A stretch of 64,000 nucleotides of DNA, taken from positions 186,001 through 250,000 of the forward strand of contig OX597815.1 of assembly GCA_951406725.2 (NCBI GenBank), read 5' to 3'. The position numbers and the translations under genes are program-made. Shown here in pieces: positions 50,101 through 64,000 of this stretch (positions are counted from its first letter, which is position 1; every line of letters begins with the position of its first letter). Below the pieces are notes generated by a model. It did not search any database and was not told the DNA's origin. It saw only the letters and a program-made list of their open reading frames with translations. The stretch is from Octopus vulgaris. Taxonomy: Eukaryota.

Positions 50101-53100
50101 TAGGTATGCGTGTATGTGTGTGTATGTTTCTATATATTTATGTAAGTATGAATGTATGTATGTATGTATGTATTTACGTATGCATGTATATATGTATGTG
50201 TGTATGTATGTGTGTATGTACGTATGTATGTATGTATGCATGTATGTATGTACGTATGTATATAGGTATGCATGCATGTACGTATGTATGTATGCATGTA
50301 TGTATGTATATATGCATGAATGCATACATGCATGTATGTATGTATGTACGAAGGCATGTATGTTTGTATTTACGTACGTTTGTATGTATGCATGCATGTA
50401 TGTATGTATGTATTAATGTATGTATGTATGTATGCATGTATGTATGTGTGTATGTGTGTATGCATGTATGTATGTATGTGTGTATGTATGCATGTATGTA
50501 TGCATGTATGTATGCGTGTATCTATGTATTTATGTACGTATGTGTGTATGAATGTACGTACGTACGTATTGATGTATGTATGTATGTATGCATGCATGCA
50601 TGTATGTATGTTTGTATGTATTTATGAATGTATGTACGTACGTATGTACATACGTACGTATGTATGTATGTATGTATGCATGCATGTATGTATGCATTTA
50701 TGTATGTAAGTATGTATGTATGAATGCATGCATGCATGCATGTATGTAAGTGTGTATGTATGTACGAAGGAATGTATGTATGAATTTATGTATGTATGTA
50801 TGTATGTATGTATGCATGCATGCATGTATGTATGTATTCATGTATGTATGTATGCATGTATGTATGTGTGTATGTATGTATGTGTGTATGTATCTATGTA
50901 TTCATGTATGTATGTTTGTATGTTTGCATGTATTTATGTATTTATGCATGTAACTATGTATCTATGTACGTATGTATGTATGTACGTACGTACGTACGTA
51001 TGGATGTATGTATGTATGTATGCATGTATGTACGTATGTCCGTACGTATGTATGTATGCTTCCATGTATGTATGCATGTATGTACGTATGTATGTATGTA
51101 AGTATGCATGCATGCATGTATGTACGTACGGACGTATGTATATATAAAAGGATGTATGTACGTACGTACGTACGTATGTACGTATGTATGTATGTATTTA
51201 TAAATGCATGTATGTATGCATGTATGTACGTATGTACGTATGTATGTATGTTTGCTGCATGCATGTATGTACGCACGGACGTATGTATGTATCTATGCAT
51301 GTATATATGTATATATGCATGTATGTATGTATGTATGAATGTATGCATGTATATATGTGTGTTTGTATGTGTGTATGTATGTATTATGGACGTACATACG
51401 TACGTATGTATGACTGTATGTGTGTTTGCATGTATGCATGTATGTATGTGTGTATCTTTGTATGTATTTACTTACGTAAGTCCCTACGTACGTATGTATG
51501 TACGTATGTGCGTATACATGTATGTATGTATGAATGCATGTATGTATGTACGCACGTATGTATGTATGTATGCATGTATGTATGTACGTATGTATGTCCG
51601 AATATATGTATGTACGTACGTACGTACGTACTCATGTATTATGTATGTATGTATGTATGCATGCATGTATAAATGTATGTATGTATGTACGTACGTATGT
51701 ATGTATGTATGTACGTACATACGTATGTATGCATGTATACATGCATGTATGTATGCATGCATGCATTCATATATGTATGTACGTACGTATGTTTGTATGT
51801 ATGTATGCATATATGTGTATATGTATGTATGTATGTACCTACGTACGTACGTCTGTATGTATGCATTTATGCATGCATGCATGTATGTATGTATGTAGTA
51901 TTCATGTATGTATGCATTCATGTATTTATGTATGCAAGTATGCATGTATGTGTTCATGTATGTCTGTATGTATGTATATGTGTAAGTATGTATATATTCA
52001 TGTAAGTATGTGTGTATTAATGTATGTAAGCATGGATGTATGTATGTATGCATGTATGTATGTGTGTCTGTGTGTTTATATGTGTGTATGTATGTATGTA
52101 TTTGTATGTGTGTGAATGTGTATGTATGTATATACGTATCTATGAATGTATGTATGCATGTATATATGCATGCATGTATGTATCTGTGTATGTATGTATG
52201 TATGCATGAATGTATGTATGTACGTATGTACGTATGTATGTATGTTTGTATGTATGCATGTATGTATGTATGCATGTCTGTATGTGTGTATGTGTGTATG
52301 TATATATGTGTGTATATATGTATGTATGTAGGTATGTGTGTATGTGTTGATATGTATGTATGTATTCATGTATGTATGAACGTATGTATGAATGTATATA
52401 TGTATGTATTCACGCATGCATGTATGTATGTGTGTATGTATGTATTAATGTATGTATGCATGTATGTATGTGTGTATGTATTTATGTGTGTATGTATGTA
52501 TGTATGTATGTATGCATGCATGCATGTATGTATGTGTGTATGAATGTAAGTACGTATGTATGTAAGTAATCATGTATGTATGCATGTATGTGTTTATGTA
52601 TGTATGTTTGTATGTGTGTATGTATGTATATATTCATGTATGAATGCATGTATGTATATATGTATGTATGCTTGTTTGTATGTATGTGTGTATGTATGTA
52701 TGAATGTATGTAATCATGTATGTATGTGTGTATGTATGTATGTGTATGTATGTATGTATGTATGTACGTATGTATGTATGTGTGTATGTACATATGTATG
52801 TATGTATTAATGTATGTATGCATGTATGTATGTATGTGTGTATGTATATACGCACATATGCATGTATATGTGTATGTATGTATGTGTGTATGTATATATG
52901 TATGTATGTATTCATGTACGTATGCATGTATGTATGCATGTGTGTATGCATGTATGTATGTATGCATGTATGTATGTGTCTATGTTTGTAAGTATGTATG
53001 TGTGTATGTATGTGTGTATGTATGTATGTGTTCTTCTTTGTATGCATGGTTGTATGTATGTATGTATGCATATATGTATGTGAGTATGTGTGTATGTATG

Positions 53101-53136
53101 TGTGTATGTATGTGTGTATGTATGTATGTATATGTT

Positions 53137-53167
<31 letters not shown>

Positions 53168-56019
53168 ATGTATTCATGTATCTATGAATGTATGTATGTT
53201 TGTATATATGCATGTATGTATGTGTGTATGAATGTATGTGTATGTATGTATGCATGCATGTACGTATGTATTTACGTACGTATGTATTTGTGTTTGTATG
53301 TATGCATGCATGTATGTATGTATATATGCATGCATGTATACATGCATGTGCGTACACACTTACGTTCGAATGTATGTATGTATGCATGTATGTATGTATG
53401 TACTCATGCATGCATGCATGCATTTATGTATGTATGTATGTACATACATGCATCAACCTATGTATGTATGTATATATGTATGTATGTATGCACGCATCTA
53501 TGTATGTACGTACGTACGTATGGATGTATGTATGTATGCATGCATGTATGTATGTATGTATAAATTTACGTCCGTACATAGGTACGTATGTACGTACGTA
53601 CATACGTACGTTTGTATGTATGCATGCATGTATTTATGCATGTATGTACGTATGTATATATTTATGTATGTTTGTATGTATGTATGTATGTATGCATGCA
53701 TGCATGTATGTATGTACGGACGTATATATGTATATATGTATGTATGTACGAACGTACGTATGTATGTACGTATGTATGTATGTATGTATGTATGTATATG
53801 TATGTATGCAAGTATGTACGTATGTATGCATACATGCATGCATGTATGTACGTACGGACGTATGTATGTATGTGTGAATGCATGTATATATGTATATATG
53901 CATGCATACATGAATGCATGTATGTTTGTATGTATGCATGAATGCATATATGTATGTATGTATGCATGCATGTATGTATGTATGTGTGTACGTATGAATA
54001 TATGTATAAATGTGTTTATGTACGTATGTTTGTATCTATGTATGTATTCATGTATGTATGTATGTATGTATTCATGTATGTATGCATGCACGTATGTTTC
54101 TATGTGTGTATGTATGTAAGTGTGTTTGTATGTACGTGTGTATGTATATATTCATATATGGATATATGTATGCATGTATGTATGTATGCACGTGTCTAGG
54201 TATGTACGTACGTACATATGGATCTATGTATGTGTGCATGCATGTATGTATGTGGGTATATACGTACGTACATACGTACGTATGTATGTATGCATGCATG
54301 TATTTATGCATGTATGTACGTATGTATATATGTATGTATGTTTGTATGTATGTATGTATGTATGCATGCATGCATGTATGTACGTACGGACGTATATATG
54401 TATATATGTATGTATGTACGAACGTACGTATGTATGTACGTATGTATGTATGTATGTATAAAAGCATGTATGTATGCAAGTATGTACGTATGTATGCATA
54501 CATGCATGCATGTATGTACGTACGGACGTATGTATGTATGTGTGAATGCATGTATATATGTATATATGCATGCATACATGAATGCATGTATGTTTTTATG
54601 TATGCATGCATGCATATATGTATGTATGTATGCATGCATGTATGTATGTATGTGTGTACGTATGAATATATGTATAAATGTGTTTATGTACGTATGTTTG
54701 TATCTATGTATGTATTCATGTATGTATGTATGTATGTATGTATTCATGTATGTATGCATGTACGTATGTTTCTATGTGTGTATATATGTATGTGTGTATG
54801 TATGTATGTGTGTTTGTATGTACGTGTGTATGTATGTATTCAAATATGGATATATGTATGCACGTATGTATGTATGCACGTATGTATGTATGCACGTGTC
54901 TAGGTATGTAAGTGTTGTATATGTACGTATTTATATGTATAAGTGTATATGTATGTATGTATGCGTGTATGTATGTATGTATGCATGCATGAATGTATGT
55001 ACGTACGTATGTATGTATGTATGTATGTATGTATGTATGCATTAATGTATGTATGTATGGATGCATGCTTACAAGCATGCATGTATGTATATACGTATGT
55101 ATGTTTGTATGCATGCATGCATGTATGCATATATGTATCTATGGATGGATGGATGCATGTATGTGTGTATCTATGTATGTATGTATGCATGCATGTATGT
55201 ATGTACGCATGCATGTATATATATATGTACGTACGTATGTATGTATGTATACATGCATGCAAGCATGTATGTATGTATGTATTCATGTATGTATGTATGC
55301 ATGTATGTATGTATGTGTGTATGTAAGTATGTGTGTATGTATGTATGTATGTATGTATGTATGTATGTGTATATGTATGTATGTATATATTCATGTATAT
55401 ATGCATGTATGTATTAATGTATGTATGCATGTACGTATGTATGTATGTATGTATGTGTGTATGTATGTATGTATTATGGACGTACGTACGTACGTATGTA
55501 TGACTCGATGTATTTATGCATGTATGCATGTATGTATGTATATATGCATTTATGTATGTACATACGTATGTATGTATATATGTATTTATGCATGCATGTA
55601 TGTAAGTACGTACATATGTATGTATGCATGTTTGTTTGCATGCATGCATAAATGTATGTATGCATGCATGAATGTTTGAACGTACGTATGTATGTATGTA
55701 TGTATGTATGCATTAATGTATGTATGTATGGATGCATGTATGCATGCATGTATGTATGTACGTATGTATGTACGTATTTATGTATGTACGTACGTACGTA
55801 CGTCGGTACTCATGTATTATGTATGTATGTATGTATGTATGCATGCATGTATAAATGTATGTATGTATGTACGTACGTATGAATGTATGTATGTATGTAC
55901 GTACGTACATACGTATGTATATATATGAGCATGCATGTATGTATGTATGTATGTATGTATGTGTGTATGTATGTATGTGTATGTGTGTATGTGTGTATGT
56001 ATGTATGTATGTATTCATG

Positions 56020-56053
<34 letters not shown>

Positions 56054-56353
56054 TGTATGTATGTATGTATGCATGTATGTATGTGTGTATGTATGCATGT
56101 ATGTATGTGTGTATGTATGTATATGTATGTGTGTGAGTGTGTATGTATGTATGTATGTATTCGTGTATGTATGAATGTATGTATGTATGTATATATGCAT
56201 ATATGTATGTATGTGTGTATGTATGTGTGTATGTATGTATGTGTGTATGTATATATGTATGCATGCATGTAAGTACGTACATATGTATGTATGCATGTTT
56301 GTATGCATGCATGCATAAATGTATGTATGCATGCATGAATGTTTGAACGTACG

Positions 56354-56384
<31 letters not shown>

Positions 56385-57877
56385 TCATGTATGTATGCTT
56401 GTATGAATGTATTTATGCATGTATGTATGTACGTATGTATGTACGTATATATGTATGTACGTACGTACGTACGTCGGTACTCATGTATTAAGTATGTATG
56501 TATGTATGTATGCATGCATGTATAAATGTATGTATGTATGTACGTACGTATGAATGTATGTATGTATGTACGTACGTACATACGTATATATATATACATG
56601 CATGTATGTATGTATGTATGTATGCATGCATGCATGTATGTACGTACGTACGTATGTATGTACGTATGCATACATGCAAGCATGCATGTATGTACTTAGT
56701 ACGTATGTTTGTATGTATTTACGCATGCAAGCATGTCTGTATGTATGTAAGTATTCATGTATGTATGCATGTATGTATGTATGTATGTGTGTATGTATGT
56801 ATGTGTGTATGTGTGTATGTGTGTATGTATGTATGTATGTATTCATGTAAGTATGTAAGTATTAAAGTATGTATGCATAGATGTATGTATGTATGTATGC
56901 ATGTATGTATGTGTGTATGTATGTGTGTATGTATGTGTGTATGTATGTGTGTATCTATGTGTGTATCGATGTATGTGTGTATGTATGTATGCATGTATGT
57001 ATGCATGCATGCATGTATGTATGTATTTATGTATGTACGTATGAATGTATTTCTTCATGTATGTATGTATGTACGTATGCATGTATGTATTCATGTATGT
57101 ATGTATGTATTGATATATGTATAATTGTATGTATGTATGTCCGTAATTATGTATGTATGTACGTGTGTATATATGTATGTGTGTATGTATGTATGCATGC
57201 TTGTATTGTATGTATGTACGCACGTATGTATATATGTATGCATGCATGCATATATTTACATATGCATGTATGTATGCATGCATGTGTATATGTATGCATG
57301 CATGCATTTATGTATGTATGTAAGTATGTATGTATGTATGTATGCATACATGCATGTATGTATGTACGTATGTATGTTTGCATTCATGTACGTATGTATG
57401 TATGCATTCATGTATGTATATATGTATGCATATATGTATGTATGTGTGTATGTATGTATGTGTGTATGTATGTATGTGTGTATGTACGTATGTATTTATG
57501 TATGTATGCATGCATGTATGTATGTACGTATGTGTATAGGTATGCATGCATGTATGTATGTATGTATGCATGTATGTATGTATGCATGAATAAATACATG
57601 CATGTATGTATGTATGTACGAAGGCATTTATGTATGTATGTATTTATATATAAAAGGATGTATGTACGTACGTACGCACGTACGTATGTACGTATGTATG
57701 TATGTATAAATGCATGTATGTATGCATGTATGTACGTATGTACGTATGCATGTATATTTGCATGCATGCATGTATGTACGTACGGACTCATGTATGTATC
57801 TATGCATGTATGCATGTATATATGCATGCATGCATACATGAATGCATGTATGTATGTATGTATGAATGCATGCATGC

Positions 57878-57908
<31 letters not shown>

Positions 57909-60815
57909 CATGTATGTATGTATGTACTTATGTGTGTACGTATACATGTATGTATGTATGTATGTGTGTATGTATATATGTATGCATGCATGTATGTATG
58001 TACGTACGTACGTATGTATGTATGCATGCATGTATGTATGTTTGTATGTTTGTATGTATTCATGTATGTATGCATGTAAGTATGTGTGTTTGTATGTGTG
58101 TATGTATGTATATAAATGTATATATATGTATGTCTGTGTATTTATGTATGTATGTATGTATGTATGCATGTATGTATAAATGTATGTATGTATGTACGTA
58201 ATCATGTATGTATGTATGTGTGTATATATGTATGTGGGTCTGTATGTATGTGTGTATGTATGTATGCATGCATGTATGAATGTATCTACGTACGTACGTA
58301 TGTATGTATGTATGTATGCATGCATGTATGTATTTTTGCATGCATGCATTCATGTATTTACGTACGTACGTATGTATGTATATATGCATGCATTCATGAA
58401 TGCATGTATGTATGTATGCATGCATGCATATATGTATGTATGTATGCATGCATGTATCTTTGTATGTGTGTACGTATGCATGTATGTATAAATGTGTTTA
58501 TGTATGTATGTTTGTATCTATGTATGTATTCATGTATGTATGTATGTATTCATGTACGTATGCATGTATGTATTTATACATGTACGTATGTGTGTATGTG
58601 TGTATGAATGTATGTGTGTATGTATGTATGTATGTGTGTATGTATGTATGTGTATATGTGTTTGTGTATGTATGTCTGTATGCATACATTCATGAATGTA
58701 TAAATGTATGCATGTATGTAAGTGTGTATGTAAGAATGTTTATATGTATGTTTGTGTGTTTGTATGTATGTATACATGCATGTATGAATGTATGTATGTA
58801 TGTATGTATCCATGAATGTATGTATATATGTATGCATGCTTCCAAGCATGCATATATATATATACGTATGTATGATTGTATGTATGCATGCCTGTATGCA
58901 TGTATGTATGTATGGATGGATGGATGCATGTATCTGTGTATCTGTGTATGTATGTATGCATGCATGTATGTTTGTATATATGTATGTATTTTACGCATGC
59001 ATGTATATCTGTAAGTATACATGCATGCATGTATGTATGTATTCTTGTATGTATGTTTGTATGTATGCATGTATGTATGTATGTGTGTATGTATGTATGT
59101 GTGTAAGTATGTATGTATGTATGTGTATATGTATGTATGTATGTATTCATGTATATATGCATGTATGTATTAATGTATGTATGCTTGTACGAATGTATGT
59201 ATGTATGCATGTATATTAGTGTGTATGTATGTGTGTATGTATGTATTATGGACGTACGTACTTACGTATGTATGACTCTATGTATGTATGCATCTATGCA
59301 TGTATGCATGTGTGTATGTTCGTATGTATGTACGTACGTACGTACCTACGTACGTACCTACGTACTTATTTATGTACGTACGTACATATATATGTATGTA
59401 TGTATGAATGCATATATGTATGTATGTTCGTACGTATGTATGTATGTATGTATGTATGCATGCATGTATGTACGTACGTACATATGTATGTATGCATGTA
59501 TGTATGTATGAATGCATAAATGTATGTATGCATGTATGTATGTACGTACGTATATATGCATGTATGTATGTATTCATGTACGTATGCTTGTATGTATGTA
59601 TGCATATATGTATGTATGTACGTATGTATGTACGTATATATGTATGTACGTACATACGTACGTATTCATGTATTATGTATGTATGTATGTATGTATGCAT
59701 GCATGCATGTATAAAAGTATGTATTTATGTAGGTACGTACGTATGAATGTATGTATGTATGCATGCATGTATAAAAGTATGTATTTATGTACGTACGTAC
59801 GTATGAATGTATGTATGTATGTACGTACGTACACACGTATGTATGTATGTATACATGCATGTATGTATGTATGTATGCATGCATGCATGCATATATGCAT
59901 GTACGTACGTACTTATGTATGTATGTATGCATATATGTATATATGTATGTATGTATGCATGCATGCAAGCATGTATGTATGTTCTTAGTACGTATGTATG
60001 TATGTATGTATTTATGCATGCATGCATGTGTGTATGTATGTAAGTATTCATGTATGTATGCATGTATGTATGTATGCATGTATGTATGTATGTGTGTATG
60101 TGTGTATGTTTGTATGTATGTATGTATGTATTCATACAAGTATGTATGTATTAATGTATGTATCCATGTATGTATGTATGTATGTATGTATATATGTATG
60201 TATGTATGTATGTATGCATGTATGTATGTGTGTATGTATGTATGTGTGTCTGTATGTATGCGTGTATGTATGTATATTTATGTATGTGTGTGAGTGTGTA
60301 TGTATGTATATATGTATTCATGTATGTATGAATGTATGTATGTAAGTATGTATGTATATATGCATATATGTATGTATGTGTGTATGTATGTGTGTATGTA
60401 TATATGTGTGTATGTATGTATGTATGCATGCAGGTATGTATGTACGTATGTACGTATGTATGTTTGTATGTATGTACGTATGTATGCATTCCCCCCATGC
60501 AGGTCTGTTTGTACGTATGTAAGTATGTATGTATGTATGTATGTATGTATGTATGTATGTATGTATATATGCATGTATACATGCATGTATGTACGTACGT
60601 ACTTACGTATGTATGTATGTATGCATGTATGCATATTTGTACGTATGCATGGATGCATGTATTTATGTATGTATGTATACATCCATGTATGTATGAATGT
60701 ACTTACGTATGTATGTATGTATGTATGCATGCATGTATGCATGCATGTATGTATGCACGTGTGTATGCAAGTATCTACGTATGTATGTATGTATGTATGT
60801 ATACATGTATGTATG
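36665..60815. repeat. Giant (TATG)n-derived satellite (CATG/TACG/TGTG variants) with kb-scale higher-order repeats and an inverted block at ~42666-44860
   Basis: Direct reading. Recurring landmark variants such as ttccc(c)catgcagg, cgaaggcatg, ttatggacgtacg..tatgact and cttagtacg. Confidence 0.95.
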
Positions 60816-63081
60816 TTTCCAATATCATTGTCAGACGTATCTGTGTGCGCCCCTCTTGCCAAGAGTGATCATGCGGTCCTGAAGTTCGTCAACCACACAA
60901 CTTTTTCTACGCCCACGATTACTTCGCATCCACGTAGAGTCTTCTCTGCAATTAATCTTGAAATTCTAACCGAGGCTTCCGCGCTTCTGGACTGGCGATC
61001 CCTGATGACGTTGTCCTCAGTTGACGAACTATGGTCATCCCTCAAAGCATATGTAATCTGTTTGACTGACCAGGCCGTTCCCGTTGGGCTTCCCATGAGG
61101 AAGAAACACAAGCCCTGGGTGACGAAGAAGGTTAAACGAGAACGTCGACTCAGAGATATTGCTTGGGCTGAATTCAAAAATCTGGATTCGACTGCAGCTT
61201 TTGAGGTGTACAAATCTCAACGAGACCGAGCCGTGAAAATTGAAAAGAAAGAACGCTTCAGTTATGAATACAAAATCGCGGCAAATGCCAGTAGCAATCC
61301 AAAAACCTTCTTTGCCCATGTCCAGCGGAATTCCCGCTTGAACAACCAGATTGCAACGTTGGTAGACTCAACAGGCGTATCAATTGTGGACCCTTATCAA
61401 CAGAGTCAATTATTTGCCGAGGCTTTTTCAACTATTTTCAAACAAGATGATGGTCGTGAACCCCCTCCATTTGATATATCGGTACCTCCAATGCTTCGAT
61501 TGGCCATCACGCGGGACGAAGTCAAACGTGTTATTCAAGGCCTCGATGTCAACAAGGGTCACGGCCCTGACGGCATACACCCACGGGTTATCAAAGCGTT
61601 GGCTCCGGTCATCTGCGAGCCCTTAACACGACTATTCAATATGTCATTGGCGACGGGTGTTATACCTGCAGACTGGAGAACAGCGATAATCTGCCCAATT
61701 TTCAAGAAAGGGAGCCGCGAAGACCCGCTTAACTACCGACCGGTTTCCCTTACATCAATAATCAGCAAGATGTTCGAAACCATCCTTAAGAAAAGTATGA
61801 TGCTCCACCTAAACACAGCCTCGATCACTAATTCCCAACACGGCTTCGTGCCGAAGAGATCATGCTTGACCAACTTACTAGCAATGGAAGAATTGGTGAC
61901 GCGCATCCTCGATGATAGTGATGCTATTGACATCGTTTTATTGGACTTTGCCAAAGCTTTTGACTCGGTAAACCACCGCCTATTACTTGTCAAGCTTCAA
62001 GCATATAGTTTCCATCCGGATATTATACGATGGGTTGGTGCCTTCCTCTCAGATCGCTTCTTCCAAGTTCAAGTTAATGGTTCGCGGTCCGACGTCTCCA
62101 GTGCGAGCAGTGGCGTGCCTCAAGGTTCAGTGCTTGGGCCCTTGTTGTTCTTAGTCTTCATAAATGACTTGCCCGACGACCTCACGCAACACACCCTTCT
62201 ATTTGCCGACGATATCAAACTGGTCGCTCCTCGCGGTAGTATAGAGGATCTTCGTCGATGCCTCCACCAAATTTGGAAGTGGTCTAACGATTGGGACCTG
62301 TGTCTGAACGTGTCAAAGTGCTGTCATCTGCCTGTCGGCTCTACTCCTGCAACTCAACTGGATTTCGAGCCGGGTCGTCTGCTGCTGGAGAGGACCGATC
62401 AGGTAAAGGACCTGGGTATCTTGGTGGATTCCTCCTTTTCGCCTTCGGCCCAGTGCGTCCATGCTGCCAACAAAGCGCGCGGAATTCTGTTTTTGATTCG
62501 ACGGTCATTCGGAATGCTCACAGCAGCCATATTCCTACCACTCTATGTCACGCTGGTGAGACCCATATTGGAGTATGGGATTCAAGCCTCTTCTCCTTAT
62601 CTCCTCAAAGACATACAGCATCTCGAAAGAGTCCAGATGCTGGCTACCCGCATGGTTCATGGTCTCAAAAATTTGTCCTACGAAGAAAGGCTGAGGACGC
62701 TCGACCTTTATTCTCTTGAAAAACGCCGCCGCCGTGGTGATCTCATTCTCGCCCACAACATCATAAGCGGGAAGTGTAACCTCTCGAAAGAGCTGTTCTT
62801 CACTCCTGCTCCAGAGCGTCGGCTGCGGGGTCATTCCGAAAAGCTCTACCTGCGACGATTTCATCTCAATCGAAGGAGAGGAGCTTTCTCAATCCGGGTT
62901 GCGGATCCGTGGAACAAGCTGCCAGACGAGATGGTGAAGATGCCGACGACCGCTTTGTTCAAATTCTCCCTGGACCTCAAGTGGCCTGAACTCTTTACAT
63001 GAACACCACCCTGTACTTAACTCCATGTCCCCCTACATGGCCTTGCTATTTGCTTTTGAGCCAAATTAACTAACTAACTAA
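60816..63081 (+). mobile_element. Young 5'-truncated CR1-clade LINE (end of APE endonuclease + intact reverse transcriptase), (TAAC)n tail
   Basis: Open frame ~60816-63002: KSDHAVL, GPDGIHP, NYRPVSLTS, QHGF, DFAKAFD, GVPQGSVLGP, LFADDIKL, KDLGI, SYEERL, RGHSEKL, FSIRVADPWNKLP. 3' end ttaactaactaactaac. Confidence 0.93.
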
Positions 63082-64000
63082 CATGATTGTATGTATACAT
63101 GTGTTTATGTATGTGTGTGTGTGTATGTTTGTATGTGTGTATGTATGTATATATGTAAGTATGTATTCATGTATGTATGGATGTATGTATGTATGTATAT
63201 ATGTATGTATGTATGCATGTATGCATGTATGTGTGTATGTATGTATGTATGTACGTATGTATTCAAGTATGTATGCATGTATGTATGTCTGTATCTATGT
63301 ATTTGTGTAAGTATGCATGCATGCATGTATGTATGTGTTTATGTACGTACGTATGTATGTATTTATTCATGTATGTATGTATGTTTGTATGCATGTATAT
63401 ATGTATGTATGTATGTATTCATGTATGTATGTATGTATCGATGTATGTATAAATGTATGTATGTATGTATGTCCGTAATCATGTATGTATGTATGTGTGT
63501 ATGTATGTATGTGTGTATGTATGTATGCACGCATGTATTGTATGTATGTACGTACGTATATATATATGTATGAATGCATGCATATATGTATGCATACATG
63601 CATTTATGTATGTACGTAAGTATATATGTATGTATGTATGTACGTATGTATGTATGTATGTATGTATGCATTCATGTATGTATGTATGTATGCATATATG
63701 TATGTATGTGTGTATCTATGTATGTGTGTATGTATGTATGTGTGTATGTACGTATGTATGTATGTATGCATGCATGTATGTATGTACGTATGTATATAGG
63801 TATGCATGCATGTACGTAAGTATGTATGCATGTATGTATGTATATATGCATGAATGCATACATGCATGTATGTATGTATGTACGAAGGCATGTACGTATT
63901 TACGTACGCATGTATGTATGTATGTTTGTATGTATCCATGCATGTATGTATGCATGCATGTATGTATGTATTCATGTATGCATGTATGTATGCATGTATG
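63082..64000. repeat. Continuation of the (TATG)n satellite
   Basis: Direct reading; continues the higher-order unit interrupted by the LINE. Confidence 0.95.

Noticed and set aside
36592-64000. Hundreds of MYVC/HTYI-repeat ORFs
   Set aside because: Translations of the TATG/CATA satellite, which rarely contains stop codons; not genes.

Overview
AT-rich eukaryotic genomic DNA. The SINE, RTE and Dong families look like those of octopus (coleoid cephalopod); this rests on recalled repeat sequences, not a search. Bases 1-9.1 kb are intron-like and full of SINEs and R4/Dong LINE fragments. One giant coding exon (acceptor AG at 9155-9156, ATG 9218, stop 15432) would encode a ~2070-aa low-complexity protein with two divergent Ski/Sno/Dachshund-like domains. 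It is split by a single -1 frameshift that falls on an in-frame A_AAA_AAC heptamer. Bases 18-36 kb are mostly decayed transposons: RTE LINEs, a hAT transposon with TIRs and a degenerate 8-bp TSD, and Penelope-like remnants with inverted repeats and minimal hammerhead-ribozyme motifs. A TE-poor island near 30-31 kb carries X-box, Sox-Oct and DR4 motifs. From 36.66 kb to the end is a ~27-kb (TATG)n-derived satellite with kb-scale higher-order repeats and an internal 2.2-kb inversion. It starts at the 3' end of an RTE LINE and contains a young, 5'-truncated CR1-clade LINE with an open RT frame.
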